Positions 62,235 through 64,000 of a stretch of DNA of 64,000 nt are shown here, one piece after another. Origin of the DNA: Sphagnum compactum (lineage: Eukaryota); NCBI GenBank assembly GCA_965153455.1, contig OZ234493.1, positions 19,272,213 to 19,336,212 on the forward strand, read 5' to 3'. The notes beneath the pieces were generated by a model. That model had not been told where the DNA came from, did no database searches, and saw nothing but the letters and a program-made list of their open reading frames with translations. The translations under genes were made by a program, and so were the position numbers. Numbering within the stretch: position 1 is the stretch's first letter; each line of letters starts with the position of its first letter.

Positions 62235-63968
62235 CTGGAGGATCACGTAAGGCACAGAGGAGGTGGTGGTGGAGGATTGGGGAGGTCAAGTGGAGGTGCA
62301 TTCGATGGAGGAGCGATATCTACACATAGCCAGGGCGGCAGCGCTCGACCCTTCGACCCCTCAGTCTCTAGTTTGCAAACAAGGCGAGAACAAACTTCGA
62401 GGTACGATTCACAGCAATCCGACTCATACTGGTCGCGGTCCTACTCTAGCTATGGAAGGTCATGGCGAGGAGGAGGAGGAGGAGGATCTCAGGGACAGCA
62501 GCAAGTAGCTGAATCTGGCATTGACTTCTACTGGTTTATTGGCTTCTTCGTGATCGTGGGTACGCCAGATTTTCTTTCCTCTTCAGCTTTTCCTTCTTTG
62601 GTTGTGCGCTTCTTCCTTTTTAAGAGAACCTCTGGTCCCAGTTTCTCTGGGAGTGGGTTTGAGTCTAGTTCTTTCAATTTCTAAAGCCCATGGTCCTGGT
62701 TCTGGCACATTTTTTTAACAAATTCAAGAACCTCTACTCCTGGTTCTACACACACACTACACACTCCCAAATGTCAGATCTTATAAGTTTTACAACAAAA
62801 TTAAAACAGGGTTTTGTATAGGTAAAGAGTTCAACAACTAGTGAAAATTAATACTTCACTAAGTTCAGCCTACTTGCCAACTTTCTCAAGAAAGAATCAA
62901 CTTGCCCACCTAAAGAACCTGAACATGTACTCAACAGTGGTTTCGTTTTCAGTTCCAGATCTTGTTAAAAGGCTAGTTCCTCGGTCCCATTCTTGTTCCA
63001 GTTCCGTGCCAGTTCAAGTCCAGGGCACAAGAACTTGAAGCCCTGAATTTAACACTACAAACCGGATACCCTCACAAGACTGGTTTGAAACCTTAAATAT
63101 TTGACCTAAACCAAAGCACCAATGCTGGTTCAAACCTGTTCGTGGATTGTTTTTGCTTGTTAGCTGAAATTTGTATTTCAAAGAATGGGAAAGATAATTT
63201 GCACACATTTCACACAGAATCATCATACATTTCAGTCCTGTTGTTATATCATTGTTGTTCTTTCAGCTGCTTGTAGATCTCCATTTTTACAAATGAATAT
63301 TGCACCCACTTTGAGTCCGCAGTGTCACTATGGATGCTTATCAGCCTGTATGGATCTCAAGTCTTGGAGATGGGATTATTTTATTCGCGGATCCTGAAGG
63401 CTAGTCCTTTGTTGGTGAAGGAGATCAAGGTTGGTGAGCATTTTCTAATTGCTTATGAATCCAATGCACATGTGCCATGTTTGCATGTGTTTCATGCTCA
63501 GAGTTGTGGTTTGGAAATGGTTCAATTGCTGGGGGTTCATAATGTTGGACCATCTTGTTGAGTATCATCATCAGTATGGTGCTTTTTTGTGTGTGAGGGT
63601 TCAGGTTCAGAATCTTGGAGAGCCTGGTCCAGTTGTGACTTCATTTGCAAAGCATCCAGGTTATGGTCATCCGTTCATTTCAGACGAAAAATTTAATGTG
63701 ACAGTCAATCCACGGTTCCACCAGGCATGTATCTCTCTGCCATAGTTTCTGTTTGGATTTTGTATTGGACTCTCCTGCTTTTCTTATATGATGGTGGACA
63801 ATTGAAATCACTTTGCATCCATCTGATCTTAAGCAGAATCTGATGTGGTAGTTGTGTTCAATTATCTGCAGCGATATGGATTCTGGCTGAACAAAGGCTC
63901 ATCTTTTACTCTCATATATAATGTGAAAGACTCTTGGGAAGATAGCCTGGTGCTGGCAATTGTCAGAG
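62235..63968 (+). CDS. APD (ABERRANT POLLEN DEVELOPMENT)-type membrane RING E3 ligase, 5' part (continues beyond the window)
   Basis: Exons (start uncertain)-62559, 63323-63429, 63605-63724, 63872-63968. TM segment FYWFIGFFVIVVSLWMLISLYGSQVLEMGLFYSRILKASPLLVKEIKV, then GPVVTSF and YGFWLNKGSSFTLIYNVK...LVLAIVRG, matching APD-family N-terminal and middle motifs. The RING domain is not in the window. Confidence 0.8.
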
Positions 63969-64000
63969 GTGAAAAGGCTGTTATCTTCTTTGAGTTTGTT

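Noticed and set aside
62263-62508. 81-aa ORF as the APD N-terminus
   Set aside because: It stops before the splice donor; the other frame supplies the TM segment that joins exon 2 in phase.

Overview
This is AT-rich, intron-containing eukaryotic DNA from a land plant, most likely a bryophyte (Sphagnum-like). The taxon is inferred from gene types and repeat style. Apparently intact genes: XPB/TFIIH helicase (18 exons, minus), an LLP/Laps-like small basic protein, mitochondrial ATP synthase epsilon, an AK1-type adenylate kinase with an N-myristoylation motif, and the 5' part of an APD-type RING E3 ligase. Damaged genes: an ISWI SANT-SLIDE fragment, a UROD fragment, ornithine carbamoyltransferase, and a secreted PQQ-type beta-propeller with one in-frame TGA. 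Mobile DNA: two tandem, decayed Replitron-like HUH endonuclease elements that share hairpin architecture (the most notable finding, almost invisible in the ORF track), a non-autonomous Helitron, a CACTA element with TSD, three Tourist/Harbinger MITEs with TAA TSDs, a hAT transposase relic, and weaker LINE and LTR relics. All calls come from manual reading and translation; no database searches were run.
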